Notes: generated from the letters alone by a model not told the origin. Positions 48,789-62,015 are shown, counted from the whole stretch's first letter. The stretch is 63,869 nt of DNA, filler included, from Lenisia limosa (GCA_001655205.1; 8 parts of 8 records of this genome joined end to end with filler, not necessarily neighbours in it); one strand, 5' to 3'. Made by a program: numbers and translations.

Positions 48789-51467
48789 TCTTTTTTTTTA
48801 AAAAAAGTGTTCACTTTCATCATTAATTCAGGAAATAATTAACATTTTAGAAACTAAGATCACCCCCAGATTTTGGGCCTTTTTCATAAATTTTCCAATT
48901 TTACTCCCCAGGTAATTATTAACATTTTAGAGACTCTGAGGGTGTATACACCGGCCCCGCCGGATGCTCTTTCTGCCCAAACTCCACCGTGGGATAGGGT
49001 ATCATACGTCCCGCACAACGGCTTATTGACTTGGGATTCTTGCAAAAGTTTTAATTCCCTGATTCACATGGGAATCCCATGTTAATATCGGATATCAAAA
49101 AGTAATCTATTGTCACATATTTCTCATTCTTCAGTTGAACGTCCGCAACGTTTTCCCCCTTACGGACACGGGACGCCCACAGAATGTTTCGGAAGTGGCT
49201 GCCTACCCGCTTCTTGACAGGTTCGCCAAGGACGGCGAGAAGTTGTTAGGATCAAAACTCTTCTGTCTTTTTATTATTAGTAATTATTTTTACAAACATT
49301 CCCCCGATTTTACCGTGGTAGAGCATGGGTGCAATATGGCCTTCAGGAATGTGTTGGAGTAAAGGTATGGAGGATGGAGCAATTTGTTTTCGTATTTTCC
49401 CTATTTTTGCTTTTATTATTATTACTACTATGGATACAACCTTATTTTATTTTTTTCTCATCTCTCTATAGCGTAATGGGGTCAACATATATTACATAGT
49501 ATATTCCCTTTTTCCCACTTAACGTGGACTATCTCTACTTATAATATATAGCAATGAGAAATAAAAACAATAAGGCTGATCTGGCCGAAGCCGTCCACGT
49601 CATCATGCTTATAAGAGATATTGAATCATTGTATCTGGCTGAAGCCGTCCACACCATCGCGCTAATAAGAGATATTGGATTGTAGAATAATATTGATTTA
49701 CCCAATCATTTGCCTTACAACTCTGTGTACACAGCTTTCCGCGTTCCTCCTCAGCATACATATGGTAGTACATTATTCCGATTATTTGCGATTCAAATTC
49801 ATATAGTACTAAGGATGGACAAAAAACAATACAGAGGTTTATAGAAATAATTATGTAATATGAAATAGTATTACATATGATATGATATGATATGATATGA
49901 TATGCCAGTCCACAAGTGATATGAGCGACAATTGAGCGATTTCGAATTGTAACATGGGACATACTACTTGCCATCACATTCCAGCTTATTTCATTTAGAA
50001 ATGGAATCCCTCATTCTACACCTGGGTTACCGGATCAGTCGGAACCGATATCATGCTAACTGTGGGGGGGGGGGGGGGGNNNNNNNNNNNNNNNNNNNNN
50101 NNNNNNNNNNNNNNNNNNNNNNNNNNNNNNNNNNNNNNNNNNNNNNNNNNNNNNNNNNNNNNNNNNNNNNNNNNNNNNNNNNNNNNNNNNNNNNNNNNNN
50201 NNNNNNNNNNNNNNNNNNNNNNNNNNNNNNNNNNNNNNNNNNNNNNNNNNNNNNNNNNNNNTTATATTTATGATGCAATATTAATCTCATTCCTCACACA
50301 TCCTTGAACTATTTCCTATTCACCTTCTCTCCTGCCAGACCAACCAACAGCCAAATTCCGAGTTCAGCCGTTCCACCCAAACTCTTGAAACCCCAGCCGA
50401 AGGTAATTATCGCATACTCTCCCCCATAATCCAATATCTCTTATAAGCGTGAGGGTGTGGACGGCCTCCGCCAGATATATTGCACTAGAGTACAATCAGG
50501 CTTCGAGCAATTAATTCAGAACTTTATTTTTTAACAACAGACGCAAAAAAAAACGATCGCTTTTTTGGACCAAGGGAAAGCCCTATTGATAAATTTCAGT
50601 GCTTCATTTCCCTCACCCCCAAGGTGCCCCCATTGCTTTTCTCGCAACTTCGATTACGCTCGAGCGACTTTCTAGTCACTTAAAGGTTGCTAGCCTTTTT
50701 TTGAGTTGTCTTTTTTACCCCTTTTTTTTGGATTTTTCTTCGTTTTTTTTACCCAGTGACCATCTAGGGAGTCATTTTCAGCCCCAATTCTATCATTTCT
50801 CTCGCCACTGCTGATGGAAACGTATGGGGGGGGGGCATAATTTTGTTTGTTTTTGTGTGTATTGGACTAGGTCTTCACTTCGGTTCAAAAAATACCAGTA
50901 AAATATCGACAGTTTTCGAGAGTTTATCGAGAAATTCAGTCTTTTTTTTGAACCGAAGTGATGCACTATGTGTGACGTATAATTTTTTAAAAAAAGTTAT
51001 TGACATTTTATTGTCTGACATATTCAGATCATAGCGTCATCTGAAGCCGACTTCACTGACCTTGACCCCCAACCAGCCGAGGTGGGCGAAGGAAGAGATA
51101 AATTAGCATGTTCTTAAATAGGAACTGTTGTAAGGGCGTGTTTGTTTGTTTGGAGTTTCAGATTTTTTGGTTCGTGATAAGAACCTTTACGCCAATATTC
51201 TTCATCGAAATTTCCTTCGTTTTTCAGAAGCGACTGGCCTGGGCTTTGTTTTGTTATCAACCCTCGTGTGCTGTCAGCCAGGGTTCTTTTTGTTTCATAA
51301 ATTTTCCAAATTTACTCCCTCAGACCCCATATTTTGAGGTTTCAAACCGAGCGATGCGCCAGGCCTTCCTCCACGTCTTCCACAACATCCGCGGACATAC
51401 TCACCCCATTGAGTCGACTACAGTTAATCAAACTGAGATTCTGAAGAACATCAATGAGGTTGGGGGG
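47951..51467 (+). CDS. Partial multi-exon protein with a Cache-like extracellular sensor segment
   Basis: Plus-strand exons including KWNPSFYTWVTGSVG, GAPIAFLATSITLERLSSHLK and PNSIISLATADGN|IIASS, a pattern like the end of dCache domains. Joining across the 48336 linker is assumed. Confidence 0.45.
48336..48347. other. Artificial contig linker
   Basis: TTAATTAATTAA between N-runs. Confidence 0.95.
48507..48596. mobile_element. hAT-type MITE family A copy
   Basis: TIRs; 8-bp flanks GATATTAT / CATATTAT. Confidence 0.85.
49014..49082. mobile_element. Family C left-half fragment
   Basis: CACAACGGCTTATTGACTTGGGATTC...GGGAATCCCAT. Confidence 0.55.
49532..49685 (+). mobile_element. Longest family E copy, with an internal tandem duplication
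   Basis: Starts A|TCTCTACTTATAATATATAGCAATGAG. The roughly 55-bp unit TATCTGGC..GAAGCCGTCCAC..ATAAGAGATATTG occurs twice. Confidence 0.55.
50428..50480 (-). mobile_element. Family E partial copy
   Basis: Reverse complement of the family E 3' half. Further fragments at about 11975-12020, 54968-54987, 55251-55295, 57409-57447 and 63235-63285. Confidence 0.5.
50868..50968. mobile_element. hAT-type MITE family A copy
   Basis: Family A TIRs and core. Confidence 0.8.
51175..51325 (+). repeat. Unclassified dispersed repeat family F (best-visible copy)
   Basis: GAAGCGACTGGCCTGGGCTTTGTTT...CGTGTG.TGTCAGCC...TTTCATAAATTTTCCAAATTTACTCCC. Related segments at 10650-10706 and 10911-10965, 34488-34522, 35408-35475, 48865-48913, 51488-51555, 53361-53436, 59245-59377, 61785-61898. 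Confidence 0.7.
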
Positions 51468-51682
51468 TGGGGGGTAAGTCGAGACCTCCAGGGGGTAAAA
51501 CACAGGAAATTTATGACACAAAAAAAGCCCAAATCAACTCTGACGGTTTGAAAAAAACTGGTACATTATTGATAGCTTTATATACTAAGGAATAGAATCA
51601 TACATTTTCCTTTTTAATTTTTTTTTTCCTTTTTTACCCCCCCCCCCCNNNNNNNNNNNNNNNNNNNNNNNNNNNNNNNNNN

Positions 51683-51694
51683 NNNNNNNNNNTT
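51683..51694. other. Artificial contig linker
   Basis: TTAATTAATTAA between N-runs. Confidence 0.95.
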
Positions 51695-51862
51695 AATTAA
51701 TTAANNNNNNNNNNNNNNNNNNNNNNNNNNNNNNNNNNNNNNNNNNNNTGGCACGTGGTAATAGGGTTAATGATGTAGTGCGTTAGGGTGTGGGGGTTTA
51801 AGGTAGTTATAAGTAAAATAAGCTGGAACTTCAATGGAGATAACAAAATACCAACCCATACC

Positions 51863-54800
51863 TTTAAATAGGAAAAACATAGCATCACCCTGGTCTCCGA
51901 TTTTAATGATGTTTGCGTTTATTCCGTACACCTGGGGGGGGGGGGGNNNNNNNNNNNNNNNNNNNNNNNNNNNNNNNNNNNNNNNNNNNNNNNNNNNNNN
52001 NNNNNNNNNNNNNNNNNNNNNNNNNNNNNNNNNNNNNNNNNNNNNNNNNNNNNNNNNNNNNNNNNNNNNNNNNNNNNNNNNNNNNNNNNNNNNNNNNNNN
52101 NNNNNNNNNNNNNNNNNNNNNNNNNNNNNNNNNNAACTTTCAATTTCAGCTTGGATGCAAGAGATGCAATGAAGGACTTCGGAGCACTGGCAAAGAGGGG
52201 GACTTTTTCGACCAACCTTCCTTCAACCTTGACAGTCATAATAATAATTAAACGAGTATATATGCGCGTGCCCCCCCCCCCNNNNNNNNNNNNNNNNNNN
52301 NNNNNNNNNNNNNNNNNNNNNNNNNNNNNNNNNNNNNNNNNNNNNNNNNNNNNNNNNNNNNNNNNNNNNNNNNNNNNNNNNNNNNNNNNNNNNNNNNNNN
52401 NNNNNNNNNNNNNNNNNNNNNNNNNNNNNNNNNNNNNNNNNNNNNNNNNNAAACCATAAGCGTTTTTGCAGGGCTTTTGCTATGGCGTTTCTCCGATGCA
52501 AAGCAAGATTTTTGAAGTGTCAACACAGAAAATAAGACCCACTCATTTCGGTTCGAAAAAAGACCGAATTCTCGATAAATCCTCAAAAACTAAAGATATT
52601 TTACCGAACTGAAGTGAAGCCGTACCCATATTGATAATATCCCAAAAATAGTCAAATAATACTCCAATAACAGTCCAATACCCCCCTATATTATTCCCCC
52701 TGCACCTCCTGAATAGTTTCATTGGGAATCATGAGAAGCATGGTGGATGTGTACATTCGCTCAACTTCTAGCTGCTTCACCATATTACGGAATAGTCTGC
52801 GGGGGGGGGTAAAACGAAGGAAATTTCGCTGAAAAAACAATGTATGCTATAAAAACATAACAAAAATTTAAACTGAATAAAAACTTTTCCACTTGAAATG
52901 TAAGAAGTCATCTGTTTCACGTTGAAACGTTATTTATGCCAATCCAGAAAATTGTCATGGATATCTGAACAAAAATAATTGTTGGTGGCTTCATTTAACT
53001 ACTTTTTACTAGAATTTAACCAAGATTTTGCTCTGTATGATAGTCACAACATTTGCTTTTTTGCTTCCAAAACAAATGCTTTTATTACAGTAAATAAAAA
53101 ATCACACAAGTTACGCTCTGTTTTGGCTCTATTTGTGGTTTATCCGAACCAGTTTGTGGGTTGACACCCTGCTTTAAGGAAGAAAAAAAAAAAAACAAGC
53201 AAAAAAAAAAGCAAAGAAGAAAACCAACAAAAATTGGGCCATATCCTACTTGAAATGTAAGAAGATCAGCTGAACTACGTTGAGAGCGAGCAGAAGGCCC
53301 TGAAGAAGGAGGCCGGTTTGGTTGCGACTGTGGCTTTCGTCCAAAAGTGTTTCCATCAGCTGGGGGAGGGGGGGAGTGAATTCACTCCAGCGTGTGAAAT
53401 TGGCAAATTTATGAAAATAAAATAAAAAAACGCATCAGGGGGGGGGGGGNNNNNNNNNNNNNNNNNNNNNNNNNNNNNNNNNNNNNNNNNNNNNNNNNNN
53501 NNNNNNNNNNNNNNNNNNNNNNNNNNNNNNNNNNNNNNNNNNNNNNNNNNNNNNNNNNNNNNNNCGCCTCTTCCAAAGGTGTTGAGTAGTTGGAATGACT
53601 CCATTTTGTAGGACAGGTTTTCATCTGAGGGGGAGGGAAATGAAATTACTCCTTATGTCAGGTCAAAATATTGAAAGGACTTGTGATACAAATAAATGAT
53701 TTCTATAATTGAACAAGCCAGCAGGCCGTTCCCAAAAACTTGCAAGGAAAAACATAGCAGTTCTGCGTTGTCAGTTCTGCGTTGTCAATACTATAATTCC
53801 CATCTTACCTGGGGTATCGGCAACATCTCGGCCGATTTTGATGAACCTTTCAAGGAGGNNNNNNNNNNNNNNNNNNNNNNNNNNNNNNNNNNNNNNNNNN
53901 NNTTAATTAATTAANNNNNNNNNNNNNNNNNNNNNNNNNNNNNNNNNNNNNNNNNNNNAAATAGAGATTCAGTCTGTTTTTTAGCCAAAGTGAAGCCCTA
54001 GGTAGTGGGAAGGGCATGGACCCCCTTACATCTTCATTAGGTAATGGGAAGAGCATAGAGCGCCACTTATGCAGAAGTTGGTAACTGGTGTGCGGTGTAG
54101 TGTTTCGATAATCATTGAAGCATGACCCCCAGAATCCTACATGGTAAGGGAATATATCCAAATGGAGACAATTTATCTGTTTTTAAACAAGAAAAGATTG
54201 TATTATTTTGATGAGGTAAAAGGTTTGTTGACTTGGAAGGAAATCATTCACAATTAATCACAGTGCGCTATCTCAAATAAACACATATTTTCCCGAAATT
54301 TAATACTAAGTACAACATATAAATACATTTGCTTCAAAACAGTCGATATGTCTCAGTTGATCAGATGATAACAAGCAAACCACTTTTGAATAAAGGAATC
54401 CTACCATATAGGAAATCGCAAACAAACAAAGTTCCGCCCTTACCGCAGAAAACGAAAAATACAGAGCCCTACCCACCATAGAAAACTTCGGGGTCCTCAA
54501 TTATCCATTCGGGGTGACAGAGGTCTCCATCTGGAGGAACGATAATTAATATTATTCTTGGGGAGACGAAGGAACATTCACAGACATATTGGAATTAAAA
54601 CACAAGGTATCCAAAATACCGAAGAATTAACTCTTCTATATTTTAGGATACCTTTTTAAAAAAAAAGGATAGAGTGGAGTACACATTACGAAAATGCTCA
54701 AAGGTTTACATTCTGCTAACAGTGTTAATGTTGAACTGTGTTAATGAGGAGATGGGAACATAAACGATTTTGGATAACAGGCGCAAAACAGAGTCAGGTG

Positions 54801-55955
54801 TTCACACGTACAACCTTTTCACAACCAAATTCAATGACAGTCACCACCAACATGTAACTTTCATCTGATGATAGGCCTTAATGTCTGTAATGTCTTTGTA
54901 CTAAAAAAAGTAAAACAAATCCAGACGGAGAGGTGTAAGGTTAATGATTGGGTGAAAATACTATACTATAATCCAATATCTCTTATANNNNNNNNNNNNN
55001 NNNNNNNNNNNNNNNNNNNNNNNNNNNNNNNNNNNNGCTCTGTTAAAAAGTTGGTTGAATTCAAAACGTTGATGAAGAAGAGTTGTTACAAAACTAACAA
55101 AGATTAACAATTCTGCTAATATTATCCAATTCTTGCAAAAGGTCAGCTTTTTGTGGTTTTCTTCTTTTCATTTAAATATATCCGATGATAATGTTAATAT
55201 TTCATCCCCAATGGTTGAATGAATGATATTATGAAATACACTTTTGTTACGCCGAGGCCTTCCACACAATCACGATTATAAGGAATTTTGATTCAAGTGA
55301 AAGAGTCAACAGATACTATATGTCTACTAAGGAGGTAGACAATAAACAGTGTCAATAATTGGGTCAATTAATATGACACAATAAAAAATATCATTTACAT
55401 TTGTACAAATACACAACATACTCCACTGAGCATCTGATCACAAAGTACAAACTAACTCATAGATTTCACTCAGCATTACAGCAATTACTCTTAATTGTTC
55501 AGGATAAAATAGATAGATCGTTATTCAATAGAGAGGAATCTTGATAATTGGGGTAGAGGACCGTTGGGAATAAGAACCCTGAGTAACAAGCCGAACACAT
55601 TCTGAATATATGCATGACCTACCCAGCCCACCACTTTCAACCCTGCATCAGCGCTGAGCCCCGCGCCAGCAGAGCAGAGGAAATACTACGTTCATGTCAA
55701 ACAGAATGCCACAAAAAGGGAAGAAAGATATGGGCATTTTACATCAAGAATCATAATATAATAATTAGTAAGGTAAAGAAGAGATGGCAGCCTACGTCAG
55801 ATTGCAAGAGCGCTAAAGCGGCTTGGAAATAGACATCTCCAAGGTAGGTGTCGTGATAATCGGGACCGGATTTGTTTAGTTCCTTATGCTCTTCAGAAAC
55901 AGGTGCCATTAAGGAGGCTAAAGCAGCCAAGGCATCGCTACTCTGAGAAGAGTCC
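51863..55955 (-). CDS. Membrane-associated protein with a cyclic-nucleotide-binding (cNMP) domain
   Basis: VEKVPLFASAPKSFIASLASKLKLK|VYGINANIIKIGDQGDAMFFLFKG is a cNMP-domain start. Upstream exons include LFRNMVKQLEVERMYTSTMLLMIPNE and DPEVFYG|FLYSKVVCLLSSD, on the same strand either side of the 53903 linker. Ends uncertain. Confidence 0.65.
52543..52624. mobile_element. hAT-type MITE family A copy
   Basis: Family A core; right TIR GAAGTGAAGCCGTA. Confidence 0.75.
53903..53914. other. Artificial contig linker
   Basis: TTAATTAATTAA between N-runs. Confidence 0.95.
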
Positions 55956-57493
55956 ATGATGCCAGAACAGCTATTTGAACTCTGCGTCTTAGAATAGTTA
56001 TACTTATTCATAAATCACTAAAAACAGCATCTTTGGTGGGGATCTGTAAAATATGGCAACTGATTCTGTTTATAATCCTAACTTGATGTCTAGTTAACTA
56101 TTTGTAAATCTGCCTTTACCATATAAATATAAAGCAAATACTTAAATAAATAAGGTCGATAAAGAGAGAAAAATCATCAGACAAAAAAATGGTTATTGCA
56201 TCAAGATCGCCACCGCAATTATCATTTCAGTCATAACTTAGCTAAGATTGCTCTTTTTTTTCAATCTGCTGTTAGGTTGCTCTTTTTTAGCAACTTTTTA
56301 GTTGTTGGTGTGTTGGTGTGTTGGTGAACATCGGATTCTCTTTTTATATTTTGAATTTTTGCATTGGATGATTGTGTCCTCCTGGAATATCTGGAACATT
56401 GATAATCTGTAATTTCTGGAACATTGATAAAACAAGCATTCAATCGACTCAAACTGGCTAAAACATGGAATGGTATTCAAAAAAAGTCAGTTTTGAATAC
56501 CGGTAATTTGAAAAAATCTGGTTTATTCCATTCCAGATTCCAGATTTCTCCAAATATCTTAATTGTCAAATAAAAAATTGGTTCTTTCTTGATATTTGGC
56601 ATCGAAGGTAAATGTACTTGAAAAATATAATAATCAAAAAGTGACGCAAAAATAATAATTCAACTTATTGTTAGATGCTATCAAATGAACTTATTGTTCT
56701 AGATGTTATGTTATGGATGTTGCCAAATAATTAAAAAACTTCATAATATACACCCATTCTCATAACAATAGATGAACAACTGTTGGCTTGCGCAGTTTTC
56801 TTTTTGACTAAATTCGACTAGAAGGCGCAGTCTTACATTTGAAGAATCTGGAGTATAATGTTTTCTGAATTTTGAAAGGGGTTTTATAATTGAGTAATCA
56901 ATTCACAAGCATTAATAGAAAAAGAAATTAGGAATTTGCTTTCAAACTTATTGCAGTTTTTTTTTGTTTCCCACATACGATTTTATTGCTTCTATGTGAC
57001 TCTTTGATCTGACATGTTTCAACATAGTCAAAGGCTTTGTTGTAGATTTTCCCTCCCATGAAGGACCTACACAAGTAATACGGCTTCTCTCAAAAATTCG
57101 AAAGAATATTTGATCTGGTTTCAACAAGAATATGACGCCTCATTACGCTTGTGTAGGTAGTGGCTGAATTGACTGAAGCGAAATCGGATATATTTTTATA
57201 ACAATGTCGATATTACTCTATTACTCTCTTTCTGAATAAAACACGTATGAAGCAATAATGATGTTGATAGATCGTAGGCATATCACAGAATTATTATGGG
57301 CCTACATATAATACATGAAGCTTCAAATGCTGGCGGGGTTTCGTCTTTAGAATTTAATATTTCTTTGAGGATCTAAAATAAATCACATGACAATCTATAA
57401 CCAAGGCGGTCTATATATAGCAATGAGAAATAAAAAATAAGGCGGTATTAAATGCAATCTTCTCCTTTTGTCCAACCTGTAACCGTTGTTTAT

Positions 57494-60400
57494 CTGTCAG
57501 TGTTACTTCGGCCTTCATATCCGGGGTATTCCTTATCACTTGGCACGGCCGGTATTCGCTATCCGAACAGGATTCCTCCGAGTCATCCTGCCCTCCTTGG
57601 GGTTTCTCTAAAAATGTGGTCAGAGAATTTTAGGAAAATTACATCAAAGAATGTAACAATGTCCGAAGAATCACGCATATCTCAGAATTGTTCATACAAC
57701 TCTTTATAAATGTAGACTTGGTGAAAAATAGAAAAACTGCATACCATTTCCGGGGCTGTGGCATTCTATGGAATTTTCTTCTGCCAGTTTAATGATCGGT
57801 TCAATACTGGGGGGAAGGACGATTATCCCCATATTTTTCCATTCCTGAATTGAAGGTTCTTTCATTGATACAAATGGGATTCCCTATCGTGTCAATTTTA
57901 ATATTCAATTATTGCACAAGTGAGAAGGAAGAGACAGACTTCTGTATGGATGGATAATATCTGGTAAAAAAGTTACAAGGAAGGTATTAGAAAATATCAT
58001 GATGTTTTTAATGGAGATGTGGAGTAAATTTCAATCACATATATTGGATATTGTAATAGTGTCCATCCACAATCAGAAGAGATCTCGTGGATCTAGCGTC
58101 CTTTTGCCCAAGAAGAAACAGTGTCCTTGGTCCTTGTCTTTTTTTTTTTGCCCTCTTTTTAGCTAATACATACTTATTTTGAATATATAGGGATAATTCA
58201 ATAGACTTCTTGGAATAGCCCGACTTTGACAGAGTATTAATCTTTTCCGCTGTTCCGCAGATGTAAGCTGCTGCCCGCTAGCCCGTAATTTGAAGATGTT
58301 ATAATAAACTCCATGAAATAAAAGAAGCAACCGGTTAGTCGCTCTTTAGCTGGCGGTTACAGCATGTTTGAGATGGAAGGTGAGAGTTGGATGAGTGTAC
58401 GGATAATCTTAATTGGACATTTCCGAATACTCTTTACACGAATACTCTTTTGGTACATCATCTTTAATAAGGAAAGATAGCCCTGATTGCACCAAATATT
58501 TATGATGTTCAAAGGACTTTTTAAAAAGGTGGCAAGATCCTGTTGGCGCTACCCGCGGATCACATGGACAGATATCCGTTATTTTTGATGAAGAATAACC
58601 TCCCGTTTCTTCTGTCATCTGAGAATAATATTATTTGTGGTGATCCCTGTTCTCTCTCTGTGGTGTTTATATGTGTAACTCTTTAATATTCATGAGCATT
58701 GACTCATATTAGCATCTTACTGCTCAGATTTGGTCTCTGTCGGTATCATCGCGACCGTTATTCTTATTTCAACTTCTGTTGGAATTGCCCTGGTTGGGGG
58801 TGGGGGTGTAGTTTTACCATGGTTCCCACAAATAAAAAACGTAAAGATAAACCCTGAAAATAGAATTTATTATTCTGGTCCTTTGCAGCCGCAACGAAGT
58901 CATTTGAAATGTTTTGTTTTTGAATAAATCAAGTACGTTCACAATGCTATTCTGTCTAAAGATACAAAGGTCTCAATTTACCTTCCCCTTTGCTCCCGTA
59001 TTTTTATTTCATCCATTGCTACATCATATACCACCCTGTCTGGTTCAGGGGAAGATGGCTCCGAATATTAATAATATTTCCGCGTTCTGCCAGACTGTAC
59101 ACTTCTTATATTCCGCTTTTCTCTGGTTAACGTTTTGTTGTGCAGAAAGGCTTGTTTCTCTTAAAGAATTATTTGTTCCTGTTTCTGATTAATGCATCAC
59201 ACTTATCATTTATAACTTTTTATGTGTTTTTTTTTTGTCCAAATTTCGTACGTTGGAGTGATGGGCAGAAGCGACTGACCTTGGCTTTGTTTGTTTTGTT
59301 GAATACACGTGTGTTGTCAGCCAACTTGGGCACTTTTTTTTTTCATAATTTCCCCATTTTACTCACCCCCCCCCCCCNNNNNNNNNNNNNNNNNNNNNNN
59401 NNNNNNNNNNNNNNNNNNNNNNNNNNNNNNNNNNNNNNNNNNNNNNNNNNNNNNNNNNNNNNNNNNNNNNNNNNNNNNNNGCACTCATAGCGGTCGGATA
59501 TTTCGCGGTTTGTTGGGTGGGGGCTTCGGTGTTGTCTGATCACTTATTTCAGTCATACGAAATGAGATTAAAATTCCCTCTGATATGTACATATGATATA
59601 TAATATGAAGACTATCGATACGTTCTGTTTTTTGGCCCTTGTTGAGGATTAAGATGAGTGAGATATAGCAGGTTGAGTTCATTTGGATATACCAGCATTC
59701 CATTAACTGCTCTAGTACGACTGCTCAACCTTCTCACTTGTCTTGTTTTTGATAGGCTACTCCGGTTTGTTTGGGGGGGTCTGAATCAATTGATGTAATA
59801 TCATACTTTCTGCAGATTTTTTTTTGTGAAATTCCGTGCTGATTTGGTCTTTTCTCAATATGCCATTTCATTGTAAGAGTTAATTTCCTTTGCTCATCTT
59901 GTAATTTCGAGAGTTCACCCAATTAGGTAGTCTTGGCATACTCATAGCCGCCGTATGCATTGGAGATATGGAAGATGAAGTACCGTCTGATGACGAGTGG
60001 GTGGGGGTAACCCCATGATCCTCTACAGACCCCAAATATTCCTCACATTCGCAGGTCTTTACCGGAGTCGCCGCGTGGTCGCCTCCCAATTCGGCCGCGG
60101 GTGTTTCTTGAAGGTGGGAGTGGATGCTGTTACAATGAAGGAATGTAGTTACAACTTTTTATCCAAGTCTGTCTGCTTTTTTAACTATTTTTATTAGTTT
60201 ACCTTTTTTGCTGCATATGACAGCACCAAATGGTATCTGATAGATGCGGAGATTAAAATGGGGATGGGGGGGGGACTGAGATTGTATTTAGTGTAATGTC
60301 TTTCCTTTTTATTATGCTTGATTTGGAGTTAAACGTTTAGGAAAAGAAATCGATGAACCTCCCAAACCGGGTAAGTAACCGTTTTTTTCAAGGCAACTGT

Positions 60401-61900
60401 TGAAGAAACGAACCTACCCTTTCCCCATTGTCCTGTTTCTGTTTTCTCGGTTTCAGTAAATGAAATCAGTCTCTCCCCGCGCCCTCCATTCCAGTTCATT
60501 TTTCAGCTGTTTCATTAGACATTCCCGAGGGTGTGGAAGAGGAAGATGAGACCCATTCTCTCTTTTGCCCGATTTGTATGATGTTCTTTTCCAGTGAGCT
60601 CTGGCCTTTGAGCCTCAATACTCATTTTTTCAGAAATACCCGATAATAAGAAATATCGCCTCCCCCCCCCCCCCNNNNNNNNNNNNNNNNNNNNNNNNNN
60701 NNNNNNNNNNNNNNNNNNNNNNNNNNNNNNNNNNNNNNNNNNNNNNNNNNNNNNNNNNNNNNNNNNNNGAGTTGTAAGGCTGCAAATGATTGGGTGCAAT
60801 ATCATATTATAATCCAATATATTATCGTATTAGCGTGATGGTGTGTACGGCTTTGGTCAGATAAAACCTTTTTTTTTATTTCTCATCACAAAATGATATT
60901 TCATTAACTTGATCTAATGATCTTGGTTGTCGGCTGCACAACTCACATATTACAAGGCTCACATGAATATCTGAAACAGACTGAGGGAATTACACATCAG
61001 CTCTCACCCCATCATATCTGTTATTCTCCCATCTTACCCCTTAAACACCCCACCCTTCAGATGTTGCAAAGACAAACTGCTGCGCTCAAGACGTTTGTCT
61101 TGAGTGTGCTGAGAGCTATCTAAGTGGTGGGTAGAGGGACTGCGGACATAAGGATTGTGATAATAGAATCTAGGATGATAAATGCTCCAGATCACCCATT
61201 ACTTTTGTCTGAAAGTGTCATACGATGTTTGGTTGCCTTTTGCAGAAGTTGATAGTTTTTTAAAACGATCAAGACAATAACCCTTCTTGGTACTTAGGGC
61301 TTCACTTCTGTTCGAAAAACACCTTTAAAACATCGATAGTTTTCGAGGATTTATCAAGAAATCTGTCTTTTTTCGAACGGAAGTGAAGCCCTATTGGTAC
61401 TTCACGTTTCTTATCACAGTTATTGCGTACCTGGTTAGTAGGATATCTCCCAGTCCCCATTCCTGAATTGAAGGTTTCAACCAAGACACCCCTCCCTTCT
61501 ACCACCATCAATACTGACCCTCTCTAGGACACAGCTGCACCCTTCTCCCGAGGCTTGGTGGATTCCATATTGACGGCGCTGCAGACTGTCTGTTTTGCCA
61601 AACTGCGGGTATGCTGGTGCTTAGTTTGGGGGGTGGGGTGAAAGTCCTGACCCTAAAGTAGTGCATGATCAAGTAATTTACAAATCTTAAATAGCACATC
61701 AATAGTATGACAGAGATCTAAAGTCGGAGATACCCGATTGTTTCAACACAAAGACCAGCGGGTTTGATGAACTCCACATGCCCCCGTTTTGGTCTGGGCT
61801 TTGTTTTTTCAACCCTCGTGTGTCAAATCTTCAAACGGCAGAGTTGTATTATATTTCTTCCTTCTTTCATTAATTGTCCAATTTGCCCCCCCCCCCTACG
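57494..61900 (+). CDS. One or two genes: hydrophobic (TM-like) exons followed by an acidic region and a RING-like Cys motif
   Basis: Exons DLVSVGIIATVILISTSVGIAL, GSLGILIAAVCIG, GKEIDEPPKP|gtaagt, DIPEGVEEEDETHSLFCPI(C) and DVAKTNCCAQDVCLECAESYL. Introns are T-rich on the plus strand. The chain was not closed. Confidence 0.4.
59245..59377 (+). repeat. Repeat family F copy ending in a C-run
   Basis: Aligns with 51228-51325 and 10650-10706. Confidence 0.7.
60808..60890 (-). mobile_element. Family E copy
   Basis: AATCCAATAT...GCGTGATGGTGTGTACGGCTTTGGTCAGATA...TTTTATTTCTCAT. Confidence 0.5.
61295..61393. mobile_element. hAT-type MITE family A copy with perfect 8-bp TSD
   Basis: TTGGTACT on both sides of TAGGGCTTCAC...GTGAAGCCCTA. 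Confidence 0.9.
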
Positions 61901-61954
61901 CCGCCGGAGTNNNNNNNNNNNNNNNNNNNNNNNNNNNNNNNNNNNNNNNNNNNN

Positions 61955-61966
61955 TTAATTAATTAA
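61955..61966. other. Artificial contig linker
   Basis: TTAATTAATTAA between N-runs. Confidence 0.95.
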
Positions 61967-62015
61967 NNNNNNNNNNNNNNNNNNNNNNNNNNNNNNNNNN
62001 NNNNNNNNNNGTATA

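Noticed and set aside
8692-60768. Long N-runs as deliberately masked or special sequence
   Set aside because: They mostly start at G/C homopolymers or repeats, consistent with short-read dropout and scaffolding gaps. Their content cannot be inferred.
57400-61700. Extending the minus-strand cNMP gene through the minus-strand ORFs at 58409-61702
   Set aside because: Intron T-richness and strong donors (gtaagt at about 60371, G-rich donors at about 58794 and 60001) indicate plus-strand transcription in this region.
12665-61966. Seven TTAATTAATTAA palindromes
   Set aside because: Each sits in the middle of an identical 100-nt N spacer and has stops in all six frames: an assembly linker, not biology.
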